Shown here: positions 25,431 through 37,798 of the stretch, piece by piece
How the letters are laid out: every line of letters begins with the position of its first letter
Position numbering within the stretch: position 1 is the first letter of the stretch
Source: the human T2T-CHM13v2.0 reference genome, Homo sapiens
Reading direction: 5' to 3' (one strand)
Assembly: GCF_009914755.1 (NCBI RefSeq)
Contig: NC_060947.1
DNA: 64,000 nt
The notes under the pieces: generated by a model
Database searches by the model: none
What the model was told of the DNA's origin: nothing
Seen by the model: only the letters and a program-made list of their open reading frames with translations
Position numbers and translations under genes: made by a program

Positions 25431-28384
25431 GAAACTCTGTTCCAGTTGGTTGTGGTCTCTCCTTTCCCTGAACTCCCACAGGACAGTGATTTACTTCTTT
25501 TATAGTACTATGAGATTATTAACAAAACATCAATCCTTCTCAACAAAAATATACCCAAACAGTGAACTGCCAATAATTTATACCAGCACAGAAGAGCTAT
25601 GATATAGTGAATGAAACCAGAACAGGGTGACAATGCTGACCCGGGTTTCCATTATACTGCTGCCATACAGCAAAAGAAGTCCCTTCAAAGCACTTGATCA
25701 TACGCTCCTCAGATCAGTAAAGAAATCAGGATGATGGCAGCGTATAAGGAATCTGGTTATGCTTCCAAACTTACACTAAAGTTACTGCCAATGGGAGGGT
25801 AAAAGGTGAGGAAACAATCCTGGGAGCCACGCAGATAAACAGGTGTTAGGCACGAGGCCTGTGACCCAAATTGAAAGATGTTAAGACATAAATGTGAGGA
25901 ATTATCAGAAGCAATTCTTAGAGCATTAATAAATTTTCCCTCTCAGTTAAAAACAACCAATTAACAACAATAACAGTGTTTCTGATTTACATCCTATTAT
26001 TTCTAACTTGGACAAGGTACTCTTCTAAATATTAGCGACAAACATTTCTCAAATCAACTTTACCTGTCAAAGTTTGATATTCAATTTAGATCTGGGTCTG
26101 ACAGATTTCAAAGCTCCATGACTCAAGCTATAGGATTCAAAATCCACCATCTATTTTCTTCTCTTCTTAGGTAAATGGTGAGCAAGGACAACCACAAATT
26201 TTACTAGCCTCAGATTAGAGATTCCCATATATGGGAATCAGTTCAATTTTATTTGATGTCAGAAAAAAAAAAAACCTGCATATAGTGCACTTTGTTCTAA
26301 AAGATCTTGGTCAGGGAGTTCCCCTTAATATTTTTAGAAATTCAGTTTATTGGATATTTTATTTCAAGGCTAATATCTTCATTTATATATTCTGCTTACA
26401 AAAACAAACAAAAACCTACACAGAGAACTTGACCCACTACTATAAAAATGAATATAGGTATTAATAATTTCCATTTTTAGTATGTTAATTAACAAAAAAT
26501 ACAAATATAGTTGGCTTGAGATACTAAAAAAAATCTATGTACTCATTCCTGTAGGTAACTAAATAGGTTAAAAATAATTCAGATCACAAAAAGTTACCAA
26601 ATGAAATAAACTCAGAAATGATTCAGAAGAAGAGGTTCAAAAATAGCTTTAGAAATTATTCACCTGCCAATTTGGCTGAGAGAGCTGGCTCTCTACATGT
26701 ATGAGACCAATTTTATTCAGTTAACCTCCTATAGCTGTCTACACTAATGATGGAAGGAAAACTGGGAACATTTCGTGGGAGTTGGTTAATTTTTAAAAAG
26801 ATGATAAAACTAACACAAAATGTGTATAGACACTTACGTTATCTGCCCAGTAAGTGTCAGGTAGAAAAATAGAGCAAAACAGTAAAGACACAATCACCAC
26901 ACAGAACTTGTTCAATTGTGAAGCTGGCTTACAATTTAAGGAGAGAGATTACAGCAGCAAGAATATGGGACTTGATCCATAAGCCTCTCCCCTCCTCAAA
27001 AGACTATACTGCAAGTACAATGCTATCAACCAAACACAAGCTGGACTATGGTCTGAAAAGTGACTTTATAAAATAATAGATGTAGCTAGACATAAGAAAA
27101 TAAATGAGTTTTCATCATATTCTGGTATGCTAAAGGCTGATGAGTGAAAGCATTTTAAATAAAGCATTGTTGTCATCCTTCATTTTCAAAGATGACACTA
27201 TCTGACAGGAGACCTTGTCTGAAAAGATAAATTAGGGACCGTTAGTCTTTTCTCCGGGGAGCATACACAAAGCCAGACCCTTGATTAGGAATCATTGCTC
27301 CAATCTGAAATGCCTGTTGCCATTTGCAACACTGCCTCCTAGACTCGAGGTCAGCCTTGGCTCAGGAAGATCAATTTCATTCCTGATACTGTCAGGCTAG
27401 TCTGGCATTTGCTGCGGTTTCTCAGTCATTCACAATATTGGTTGTTTTATCTTATTATCTAAGTGTTACTGTCTAAGTGAGACTATTTGCTCAATTACAA
27501 TCTAGACTAAAAGATCATGGCATAAATAATCTTGTTTTAAATGCTTCGTAAGTTTTACATAATCTTACTTTTAAAAAAGTATGAGTTTTAAAAAAAAACT
27601 CATTCATTAAAAAAAACTTGTAAGTTATCATTTAACTCAGTGAAAGGCCTGAAGGTTTGTTACTGTTCCTATTAATCTCATAATTTATTAAATTGAATAA
27701 ATTTTTTTATGCATGAAACTGTTCCTTCTAACACATCACAGATAATTCAACTAGATTATCTTTTGGACCGTATATTTATAATGAAGTCAGGGTACACTGT
27801 GGCACTATAATTTGTTATTATCAGAGGTCACTTAAGTCCCTCAAGTGTTAGGTACAGATGAATTTGCTTAAATAATTGTACTGTTAATCAAGCACTTGGT
27901 GATTAGTAAATTGGTGATTTTAATTGCAGCAATTTGCTTGCTCAGGACATAAAAACATAAAAGTACAGAAAATACCACAAAACTTCTGAAATTATTACTC
28001 AGTGCTCTCCTGTGCATTCTGGATGCTAAATCAGAAGAACAGGGAAAAAGTGTATTATGGTTTAACTCAACCCAAAGAAATATTACCAATAAAGCAGAGA
28101 AGGAAGAACAATAACTCACTTAAAATCCTGGTGATGGGAATATAAGCAATTTCTTATCTCCGCTTTGCTTATCTGCATTTAAAAAAATTTTCTTCATTGA
28201 ATGTTGACTATTTTGTGTGATGGAAAATGTTATTTTAAAAATAAAGAAATTTAAGGCAGTGCCATATGTATTAACACTAACCAGCTTTTTGTTTTACTTG
28301 ATCAAAAAACAAAACACTACCTGATTCATACAGTTCCATCAAAAACTAACCTGCTCGGTATGGCCATGATTGAGGTTATCTTCT

Positions 28385-28663
28385 TTACTGGACGACACAA
28401 GTTGTACAACACTGATCTTGCTTCTCCGGCAGGGATGAATAGTTCATTTGCCTGACGATCTCAGCAAAAAGTTCATCCACCATTGATTTACTTTTTGCCG
28501 ATGTCTCCATGAAAGGACAGCCCCATTCTTGAGCCAGAGCTCTGCCTTCTGAAGACATAACCTCTCTTTCTGGTTCCAGATCCACTTTATTTCCTACTAG
28601 GATTAGTGGGACTTTTTCATATCTCTTCACTCTGACAATTTGATCTCTCATTGGCTTGATATC
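28385..28663 (-). CDS. RAP2C: RAP2C coding exon 2 (codons 92-183 plus stop)
   Basis: Acceptor TTTCTCTTTTGTGATTGCTTGAATAG|GAT. Encodes DIKPMRDQ...GNKVD...ETSAK...CCTTCVVQ*, containing NKxD, SAK and a CAAX motif (CVVQ). The 183-aa total matches RAP2C. The exon continues 34 nt past the stop to donor CAG|GTTAGT at 28351. Confidence 0.98.
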   Translation of the reverse strand, partial: DIKPMRDQIVRVKRYEKVPLILVGNKVDLEPEREVMSSEGRALAQEWGCPFMETSAKSKSMVDELFAEIVRQMNYSSLPEKQDQCCTTCVVQ

Positions 28664-31212
28664 CTATTCAAGCAATCACAAAGAGAAAGAAAAACATTAT
28701 GCTGTTTGTATAACCATAACAGAAATATTACAGTATTACAAAAAGTCATACCTCAGTGAGTATACAAAGCTGAATCCAAAATGAAATCACACCTAAACAG
28801 AGAAATCGTCATCATTTTGTCCACTGAAGTAAGAACTAGATAATTTCCAGAGACCCTACCTGCTGGGTTTGTCAAGAATATAAAACATGGGTTGCACACT
28901 AACCTTGACTCATATAATCACTTTTACCCACCCCCAGTCTATACTGATTAAAAAAGCAAGTTTCCAAATGATTAATCCATTCGTACATAAGGATGTTTGG
29001 CCATCTCCCTAAACCTGCCTGCTTGTCATCACTCCTTGTAACACCTGTTATCCTAGCACAGGATTGCAGCATCTATGCATTCCTAGCCATGTAGCAAGAG
29101 GGCTTGAGTGAAAGTGTTTTAAGTGGGAAAAAAAACCACTTTGTAATGCCTAGAATAAAAGAGTTACAACCAGATGGATACACTTAAATGTTTTATTTTA
29201 AATTGAATGGTATGCATTTATTCCAGTAAAATCAAACACCTTACAATACACTTAAATTCACTAGAAACTACTGTAACAGTGAGCAACTCCTGGGAAGGAC
29301 AGTGCAAGGGGAGTCTGGGTGGGAAGAAGTCATTTTTTTTTTTTTTGCCTGTGTTTGTTTTTACTACTTGTTTCCCCATGCGTATTACTTTTTCCAAGTA
29401 GTTACAACGAATTACAAAAGATAAGAGCGTTAGCAATTCTCCAGTAGCATCAGTTTTGGGAGGTGGGGGCAAGTATTGATTTAATACAATATTATAGACT
29501 TAATTATAAAAATCACCATTTTCGGTAATATTTCATAATTTTAAAAGTTTGCCTTAAATAGAAAATGTATGCTTAATTGGAAGTCATAGTAAGTACAGAA
29601 TATTCACATGTGGGCCTACGGAAAAGCAAGGGACTATGAAAATCTATAAAAATATAGTTATTTGATATTTGCATCAATTTGGTTTGATAATATATCAACT
29701 CAGATTTCTAGGTTACGCTTATTTCCCATTGTCTTTATGGAAACATAAGTTCAGCTGAAAATCCAAACTTAGGGCATTTGGGCTCAAAAGAGTTTACACC
29801 TCCACTGAAATAACGGCACAGTTTTTCACTCCCAATTCATGTCTATAACACAAATGGATATAACAGAAATCTTATGAAACACCCTTCAAAAGACTCTCAG
29901 CCTCCAGAGAGTAAGCTGATAGAATAACAAATCTCCTGAGGATCCTTTAGGGAAAAAATGCCTGTCAAACAGCACCTTCAGTACTTTGGTACTTTCTGGG
30001 GGAAAATGCTTTTATGATACTATTGTTTGGGAATTTATGCCTACATAAAATGAATTTAGTTTGGTCTCAATAGCTTTGATTTATTTCCCCAGAATTTATC
30101 ATCTTAAAAAAAAAAAATCCCTGAAGTTGTTCTATCAGGTTACTGGGAAAGTTCACTATAGTACTTTAATTTAAAATACTAAAGAAAGTGGAATTAGCAC
30201 ATTGTATTGGCTAAAGCACTTAAGGTCTCTTAAGTAAGCTACATTAAGTGCATACCTTTAAATGCAGAAAAAATATATCCATTTCCTAAATCAATGGAGG
30301 TCAATATAATGGGTCAATATGAGGTTATTCATTTTCAAGGGATAAATAGAAACATACATTGCATATCCTAAAATAACGTTAAACCTTCAGTCTGTTTCCC
30401 AGTGAAGGACAGGACAGATTTTCTAAGAGATTGGACCACATCCAGTTTGGCCACCCAGCCGGAGTAAGAAATCTGCACTTGTTCAGTGTTCCCAGACCCA
30501 CGTATTTTCTGTAAATACAGGCAATGTTACCAGAAACAATTTGGATCAACTGCAGAAAAAGAGTCATTCCTGATTTTTGTTGGTTATTAATTCTAGGTAC
30601 TAGTCTTTTCTATTAGTAACTTTTCTTCCTACTACACGCCCCAAGTAATTAAGTAAAATGCCTAGAAGGCAGGTCTTGAGTTCTTCGTCTTGCAACACTA
30701 AGATTTATGAATCTAGTTGAGAAACTTGAGAGAGAAGGGGAGGGCGGCGGGAGGGGGTGTTGGGGGGTGGGAGGGGAAGGTGTGGGTGGGACAGACACAG
30801 AGGACTTATCTGTGCAACAGATAATCGGCTCCAAATAATTTTTTCAAAGTGCTCTATTTACCCGAGATTATTTGTTAGATGTTTTGTCGTGTAAGTTAAT
30901 CAATACTTGTTGAATTGAGCAAGCAACTTCAGAAGGTTATATTCCAGGCGAAATATACACAGACTGACATTTCTTTTTCACTTTTCTTTCACTTAAAAAT
31001 AGCTTTAAAATATTTGTTGACGCTTGTTACTTTTTACTACGCTCTATAGAAACAACCCGATAGTCTTCCATGGCAGGAGTAACCTCAAAAATGCGTCATG
31101 TCTAACTTTCAAAAGCAAAGCACAGTCATTAATGCACGGTTCAAGCAACCCAGAAGTCGATGTCGGATTACCACACCCCCTTCTAACAAATTACAAGACT
31201 TGGTTTGGTTAC

Positions 31213-31485
31213 CTGAAAAGACTGTTGATTAACCAGGCTATAAACCAGGATGAAACCTTGGCCGTTTTTGATGTAGAGATCTCTCATGGAGGCAAACTGC
31301 TCAGTTCCTGCGGTGTCCAGAATTTCCAGCACGGAGGGGGAAGAGTCCACTTCGATCTCTTTGCGGTAGAAATCTTCAATGGTGGGGTCATATTTCTCAA
31401 TGAAAGTCCCAGTGACAAACTGCACAGTAAGGGCAGATTTGCCAACCCCTCCACTCCCTAACACCACTACCTTGTATTCCCTCAT
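31213..31485 (-). CDS. RAP2C: RAP2C coding exon 1 (codons 1-91), Ras-related protein Rap-2c
   Basis: Translates [17 protein letters not shown]...YDPTIEDFY...DTAGTEQF...QQSFQ, with the G1-G3 boxes and Rap-type T61. ATG at 31485. Phase-0 donor CAG|GTAACC at 31213/31212. Confidence 0.98.
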
Positions 31486-32023
31486 GAGTCTCACCTTCAC
31501 CAACTCCTACCAGAGGGGGGGAAAGATCACCCCGCTAGCTGTGGCGCGGCTAGACGAGGCGGAAGGTGGGCGGAAATCTGCGAACTGGGGAGGAGAGTGC
31601 AGAGGAGCAGAGGGCCCAACCGGGGAAGAAGAGGAAGTTACAGGAGGGGGAGGGGAAAGAGCGTAGAGTCGGGGAGGGTGGGGAAGGGATGGTAATGCCC
31701 TTCCTATAGGAACTGCAGCCCGAGCAGGGGGCGTGGGGAGGAGGGCGAGCCTGGGAAAAGCCCGGCGAGGGTGGCGAGGAGGCGCGTGCCCCCGGGAGGG
31801 AAAGGGTGGGGGCTGCGGCGAGGGGACCCTGCGGCGAGGCGGACGTCGGAGGAGCCCGCAGCCCGGGGCTGCCCGGCACTCCTCCCCCGCCCTTCACACA
31901 AAGGGGCCCAGGGACCCCGCTTCCTGCTCGCGCAGCCCAGCCGGCTCAGGCCTGAGGGCTCCGTTCCAGTTACCGCTGCCCGGGCGGGTTTCTGGGCCCC
32001 GGCTCCCGCGGGGGTCGTCCGGC
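31486..32023 (-). other. RAP2C: 5' UTR portion of the RAP2C start-codon exon
   Basis: Strong acceptor CCTTCTCCCCTTCACAG|GCC at 32024/32023. No upstream ATG in these 538 nt. An alternative acceptor TCTTTCCCCCCCTCTGGTAG|GAG lies at 31507/31506. Confidence 0.65.
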
Positions 32024-32132
32024 CTGTGAAGGGGAGAAGGACGCACATTACCCGGCTGACCCCCGCCCCGAACCTGCGGCGCCGGCCGCCGCCTCCCCCA
32101 ACTCCCACCCGGATCAAGCTACTGCCGCTTAC

Positions 32133-32400
32133 CCCGCCGTCCGCACCCGCCCGGCCGCCGGGGAGGCTCTGTCACGCCAAGGCCATGGCCACCCGCTGGC
32201 TCCTCTGTCTCTCCGCTGCCCCAGCGCTGCTGCTCGCCGCGGGGAAAGAGGCGGGGGCCGTCCGGCGGCGGCCGCAGGGACTCCAGGCGAACCCACCTCT
32301 TTTTTTTCTCACCCACCCCCCACCCCCACCCCCACCCCCACCCCCACCCCCACCAAGCACACACCCGGAAGGGTTTCCCTGACACACTGGCTGAGGTGCC
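32133..32400 (-). other. RAP2C: Non-coding 5' exon of RAP2C (5' boundary uncertain)
   Basis: Donor GGG|GTAAGC at 32133/32132 pairs with the 32023 acceptor across a 109-nt intron. Lies in the CpG island. Confidence 0.55.
32311..32354 (-). repeat. (TGGGGG)n hexamer repeat, G-quadruplex-forming
   Basis: About 7 tandem CCCCCA units on the + strand. Confidence 0.9.
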
Positions 32401-32578
32401 CCAGTTCCCCGAGACTGGACGGGATCACTTCCGGTGGGGAAAGTCCCACCTCTTCGGGGCGAGCCGGGTGGCGCTGGAGCCGCGCCCTGCTGAGCGAGCG
32501 AGCCGGCCGGGGACGGTTTCGGGTCGGGACTCCGGCTTCGGGAACGGGCCTCTGGAAACCTGCGACGTCAGTCCTTAC

Positions 32579-33720
32579 CCGCCCGCGGCTGCCGCGGACC
32601 GTCCCACCCCCAAACCCGTAGAAGCCCCTCCGACCTGCAACCTCCAGCCGCCCGGCCCTAGGACTTGAGCGGCTCCCTGGCCGGTGCGGAACCTGCGGGC
32701 TAATAATCTAGCGACCGGGAGAACGCCAAACATCCCTGGACTAGAAGTTGCAGGGGAAATCAAACAGCCCAGAAAGTTTATTCTCCTTGCTGGTATTTCT
32801 TCCACTTGCTATTTTGCTGAGAGATGCATGCAAACTACCCTTAGACTTTCAGATGCAGTGCGTTTTACTTAGCCGTGCCTGACAAACACACAGAACTTTT
32901 ACCGTCTGGTAGATCCGCCTTGACTTTACCAGCGAATACTAAAGTCACTTAAAAAAAAATCACAAGGCTCGAAAACAGCAGCATTAGAAGTAGACTTTAT
33001 GGTACTCTGCTCAGCTATGTTCTCATTTGATTCCAACCACTACACGGCAGAAAAGGTAACCAATATTCAAGAAAGATTTGATTGGAAACGGTTTAGGCCT
33101 AAAGACTAATTTATTTTAATCGTTGATTATGTATAACAATTTGCTTGGCTGGCTCTTACATGCTGAAGTTTTGTTTTAAAGGCCATCCTATGTAGTCTTT
33201 GAAATTCAAAAGCAAGTAGTAACTCTGGTGTTAGATTCTAAGTTTCTATTTTTAGATAAAATTGTTACTTCCGACTATCTTTCCCTTTGCTAGCTTTCTA
33301 TTTGTAAACTTTGTGTCGGATCCACAGAGCCCCAGGGCCAGGAGTCTAGGCTGTATTTTAGGTGTGTCACTTTCTTTTCAATTCAAGCATGTACCCAGAA
33401 ACCTGCGAGACTCAGTGGCCAGCCTAGCAAAAATGACTCCAAATTCCCTTACTTACAAGCCCTAAATGGCCAAACTCTATAAAGAGATTTATTACTCAGC
33501 CTAAATTGTTGGACATTAGAACACAGGCGAATCATAGTAGTGTGAGGTCCCACTGTCCCTCCCTGAGTATTCCCCAATGTCACTTACAGTCTTCAAAGGA
33601 GAGTTTAGTTCAATTTCTCCTTGACCTCAGGCCGGTGCCATCTCTCCAGCGAAGTCCCCAGCTCTGGCTCCAGCTGGCCTGGGCCCTGTGTCGTATCAGA
33701 GGCACTGCCCTCTGCTGGAA
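32579..33720 (-). other. Candidate further upstream non-coding RAP2C exons
   Basis: Minus-strand donors CGG|GTAAGG (32579) and ACT|GTAAGT (33588). Candidate acceptors at 32740 and 32816. Exon usage cannot be confirmed from sequence. Confidence 0.4.
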
Positions 33721-35365
33721 GGGGTTTGGTCTGTGAGTTATGAGTTTCCCCACAGGTCACTGCTCCTTTCACACGTGCTGTTGCCTGATTTGGAGCTCTG
33801 CTGCTCATCTCCCTGCCTAGCTGTCTCCAGACTGTCTGGTGGGATTCACAGCCCTCCACCAGCCGTGCTTGTAACTGAGTCTGGAAATTCCTCTTCTGAT
33901 CCAGCCAGTGTTGAGCAATCGTGGCAAGTCTTTGCTCTATTACTAAACTGTCAAAGCAAGGAGTTCTTTTTCAGGTCATCCCACCTGTTGGCAATTCTAA
34001 TATCTCTGAATGTGTTGGTCATGCTTAGGAGAGAGTTCTTTGTTTCTCCACGCAGTGAAACATACTCCTCCCCTCAGTACAGCGTCCTGTGGGGTCACTC
34101 TCGTCAACTACAGTGGACAAATATTACACTCAGTCTAAAGATCCTTCTAAACTTTCTTAGGAAGGGTATTCATTACAGCATTGATTAGGAAATCAAACAA
34201 TTGGAAGAAGCTTAAATGTCCTTCAGTAGGTGATTTTTAAAAGTTTCATAGCTCTCTATATCTATTATCTATCATCTATCTATCTATCTACCAACCTACC
34301 TACCTACCTATCTGTATTCACAGAATAGGATATTATGCAGCTACTTTAAAAGAGAAAAGCAGATTTGTAAGTGTTTATATAAAAAGATGGCCAAGATATA
34401 TTGTAGGGCTGAAAAAGCAAGATACTGAACAAATGTCTAGTTGCTACTGTTTATGTAAAACGCAGGTGTGTAATAGTTACATAGCCATTCAAATCTGAAA
34501 CAAAGTAATTATGGGTGAGGACTATTATGAAATGGCTTTTATTTCTCCATATTTTAATTTATAAACAATAATTGGGAAAAAGGAAGTAAATATAACTTTA
34601 TAATATTTTTAAAGGAGGAACAAAAGAAAGTTGTTGATCTTGGTTTTGTAAAAAAAAAAAAAAAAAATCCTGACTGTCTAGGGGTCAGTGGACAGGTCCG
34701 CCCAATTTAAACAAATTCCCTACCCTTGCTTGCCCTCCCCAAACATCTCTATACTTAGAAAAGTATTTTCACATACATTATCTCATTAGACTCCTGTTGT
34801 TTGCTAGTGTACTCTCATTAAGCAATGAGGGTATAAAGAGCAAGCAGAAGAGTGCGGCCTGGCAGTTGAGAGCTAAGGCTCTGAAATGAGACAGAGGTGC
34901 ATTAAAATTGCAGCTCCGCCACATTCTAGCTCTGTGTCCCCAAGCAAGTGATTTCACTTGTCTGAGCCTCTAACTCCTCACTTGTAAAAAGGAGATAAGA
35001 AGTTAACGTGAAAATGTAATGAGGTATTACAGGTAAAGTGCTTAGCACAGTCCCTTGCACATTATAAAGCCTCAATAAATGCTATTTGGTTTTTATTTAA
35101 AAGATTTAATGAATTGTTAATTTTTAAAAAATAGCAAACATGGGGGTAACAAAATTTTAAAAGCTCAAATATCTGCAAGTGGCACGAAAATAATAATTCA
35201 GTTACTCTTCACAAAGATATTTATTGTTAAAAGCTTCTTATGTTTTTCAGGGGGGAACATTATTCATATGTCAGTGTATCAATCTACCTTCTATATATAT
35301 TTTTAAAAATTACTGTACTACAAAAGTAATCAACTGTACACACTATTTTTTACCTTGCTTTTTAA

Positions 35366-35682
<317 letters not shown>

Positions 35683-37624
35683 TAATTTTTATTTCATGGC
35701 TGTATCATAAGCTAATTAGCCAGCTCCCCTTTGAAGGACACTGATTGCTTCTAGGTTTTTGCACTAAACGCCTTGGACATATATCATTGTCAGTTAATGT
35801 TTAGGGTGAATTTCTAGTAATTCAATAATTGAAACAAAAGGCACTTGCACTTAAAATTCTTCTGGTAAGTATTGCCAAATTGTCCTTCAGAAAGGTCACA
35901 CCAATTCACATTCCCACCAATGCAGTATGACCGTATCATTTTATAACCTCACAGTAGGTATTACTAATTTTAGCATTTTATAGTGATTGTTACTTGCTTT
36001 AGGGTATTTTCAGGACTAACAAATGCAGGGCAGCGTTTTAGAAGGAATTTGGACTTCAGAGCCAGACAGTCCTAACACTGCCCTTTTGCAAGCTACACCT
36101 CCATTCCTTCATTTGTAAAGTTGGGCATAATAGCAGTATCTAACTCATAGAATAATAAATGAGAAATCCATTCAAAGCATTTAGCCTTCCAAATATTAAT
36201 TGCTCAATAAATAGAAACTGCTCAAGTAATAATTTTCTACTCCAAAGGCTTGAATATGGGAAGAGGGGAATGGGAGGACTTCTCTAGAGATCATGCCCTT
36301 GAGATTCACAACTTTTGCTTTAATTCTGCATCAACCTCCTTTCCAAAGTATTGCTCAGGCATTATTTTAAAGAACACAACCCATTTTTACCATAGTGTGA
36401 AGAAACCACAGTGTATGCACTATATGCAGATAATATAAGTAATAGGGCCATAATCTCATTTTTTGAAATTAGTTTGGCACAAGTTTAAAGTGCTGGATGT
36501 TTGCTACAGGCACCAGTTGCTTACTTATCCCTTTCTTCTTTTCGAGTTGTTACCTCCTTCAGTTGCAATCCTTGGAGCCACCAACTGCCTGGGATATTTT
36601 ACCCTAACTTCCACTCTCCAAATGAGCCGTCTTGCCTTCTAGGTCCTGGGAAAAAACCCATGGCTATCCATCTACTTTCTATACATGGCTATCTATTTTC
36701 CATCCAGGCTCTTCCCTTCTCTTTTGCTAGAAGTTGCTCTTGAATTACCAGAAAGCTTGAGCCAGTAATGTCCTCAGTCTTTGCCTACAGAAATCTTATT
36801 TCAATGCTTTAGGGACCCCATTGATATCAGCTAAATTGTCCTGGATTCTTTCTAGCTCCTACCCTCTAAGATTCCAATCTTCTCTTTCAAATCCTGCCTC
36901 CAGCTACACCAATCATTAGTTAATCATTAGTTCTGCATGTCAGGCTCCCCCAGTACACAAAACCAATTTTATACCTTTATTATTATCTTTTTTCTCATGA
37001 AAATAATGTTATTTGCAAAAAATTATAAAAGTATAATCCCACTACCTGGAGAAAATTGCTATTAACATTTTAGTGTCTTTCACAATTTTTTTTCTGGAGA
37101 GAGTTAAAGAACATTTTTTTTTTGTAAACTAATAATGGGTTCATATAAATTTGTGAATGGCTTCTTTCACTTACTGAAACATCATGTCTGCATAAAGCAC
37201 TAAAAAATACTCATGTATCCCTCATCCCCTACATGAGTAAGCCTTTTTTCCTATAGCTTTAGCTTTCCTACAGCATCAATGAGAATTTAATCACATTCAA
37301 TTTTGCTCACCTGGAATCCTTCATCCAATCAATGAGATTTCACTAGAGGTGCTGCTGACCACAGAGGACACTACCCCAACCTGGCCAGGCAGACACTCCT
37401 ACAAAGTCACAAATTTGTGCGACTGCTGACAAAGTTAGTTTCTCAGAACTGAGAGGCGTACTAAATAGGGATGTGTTTAAAATAGATCTGAATTCCTTAA
37501 CAATTTTTCCCTCTCCACTTCATCCTTGATTTGAAAGATAGTAGTTAGAAAATTATTTTGTAATCTATCAAGTACCAAATAAATTTAAAGAATTAGTACT
37601 AATAATAACTATACTCCCATACTC

Positions 37625-37798
37625 CTAATATATGTACATCAGAATCACCTGGAGGTGATGTGAACCACAGACGGCCAGGTCTCAACCCCAGAGTTTTTTA
37701 TTCAGTAGGTCTGGGTCAGGATCTATAATTTGCATATCTAAGTTCCCAGATGACACTGTTGCTGCTGGCCCAGGGACCACATTTTAAGCACCACTGTT
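37625..37798. mobile_element. MER5A-like hAT element
   Basis: catcagaatcacctggag...ttcagtaggtctggg...agttcccagatgacactgttgctgctggcccagggaccacatttt. Confidence 0.75.

Larger units (their letters stand above)
31530..32730. promoter_or_regulatory. CpG island / bidirectional promoter of RAP2C and RAP2C-AS1
   Basis: Very GC- and CpG-rich stretch with GC boxes, ETS motif CACTTCCGGT (32426-32435), CCGGAAG (~32365), a kB site (32438-32447) and CRE-like CGACGTCA (~32563-32570). Confidence 0.88.

Noticed and set aside
31024-31461. 145-aa + strand ORF overlapping RAP2C exon
   Set aside because: Antisense shadow of the RAP2C CDS with a non-ATG start; no recognisable protein.
31486-31503. Six-residue N-terminal extension (MVKVRL) in the ORF track
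   Set aside because: Starts at TTG with an in-frame TAG two codons upstream. Rap proteins begin MREYK.
31550-32805. Multiple long Pro/Gly/Arg-rich ORFs on both strands
   Set aside because: Expected from stop-codon scarcity in a CpG island; most have non-ATG starts.
33688-34188. 166-aa + strand ORF
   Set aside because: GTG start, no homology or motif recognised, low-information composition.
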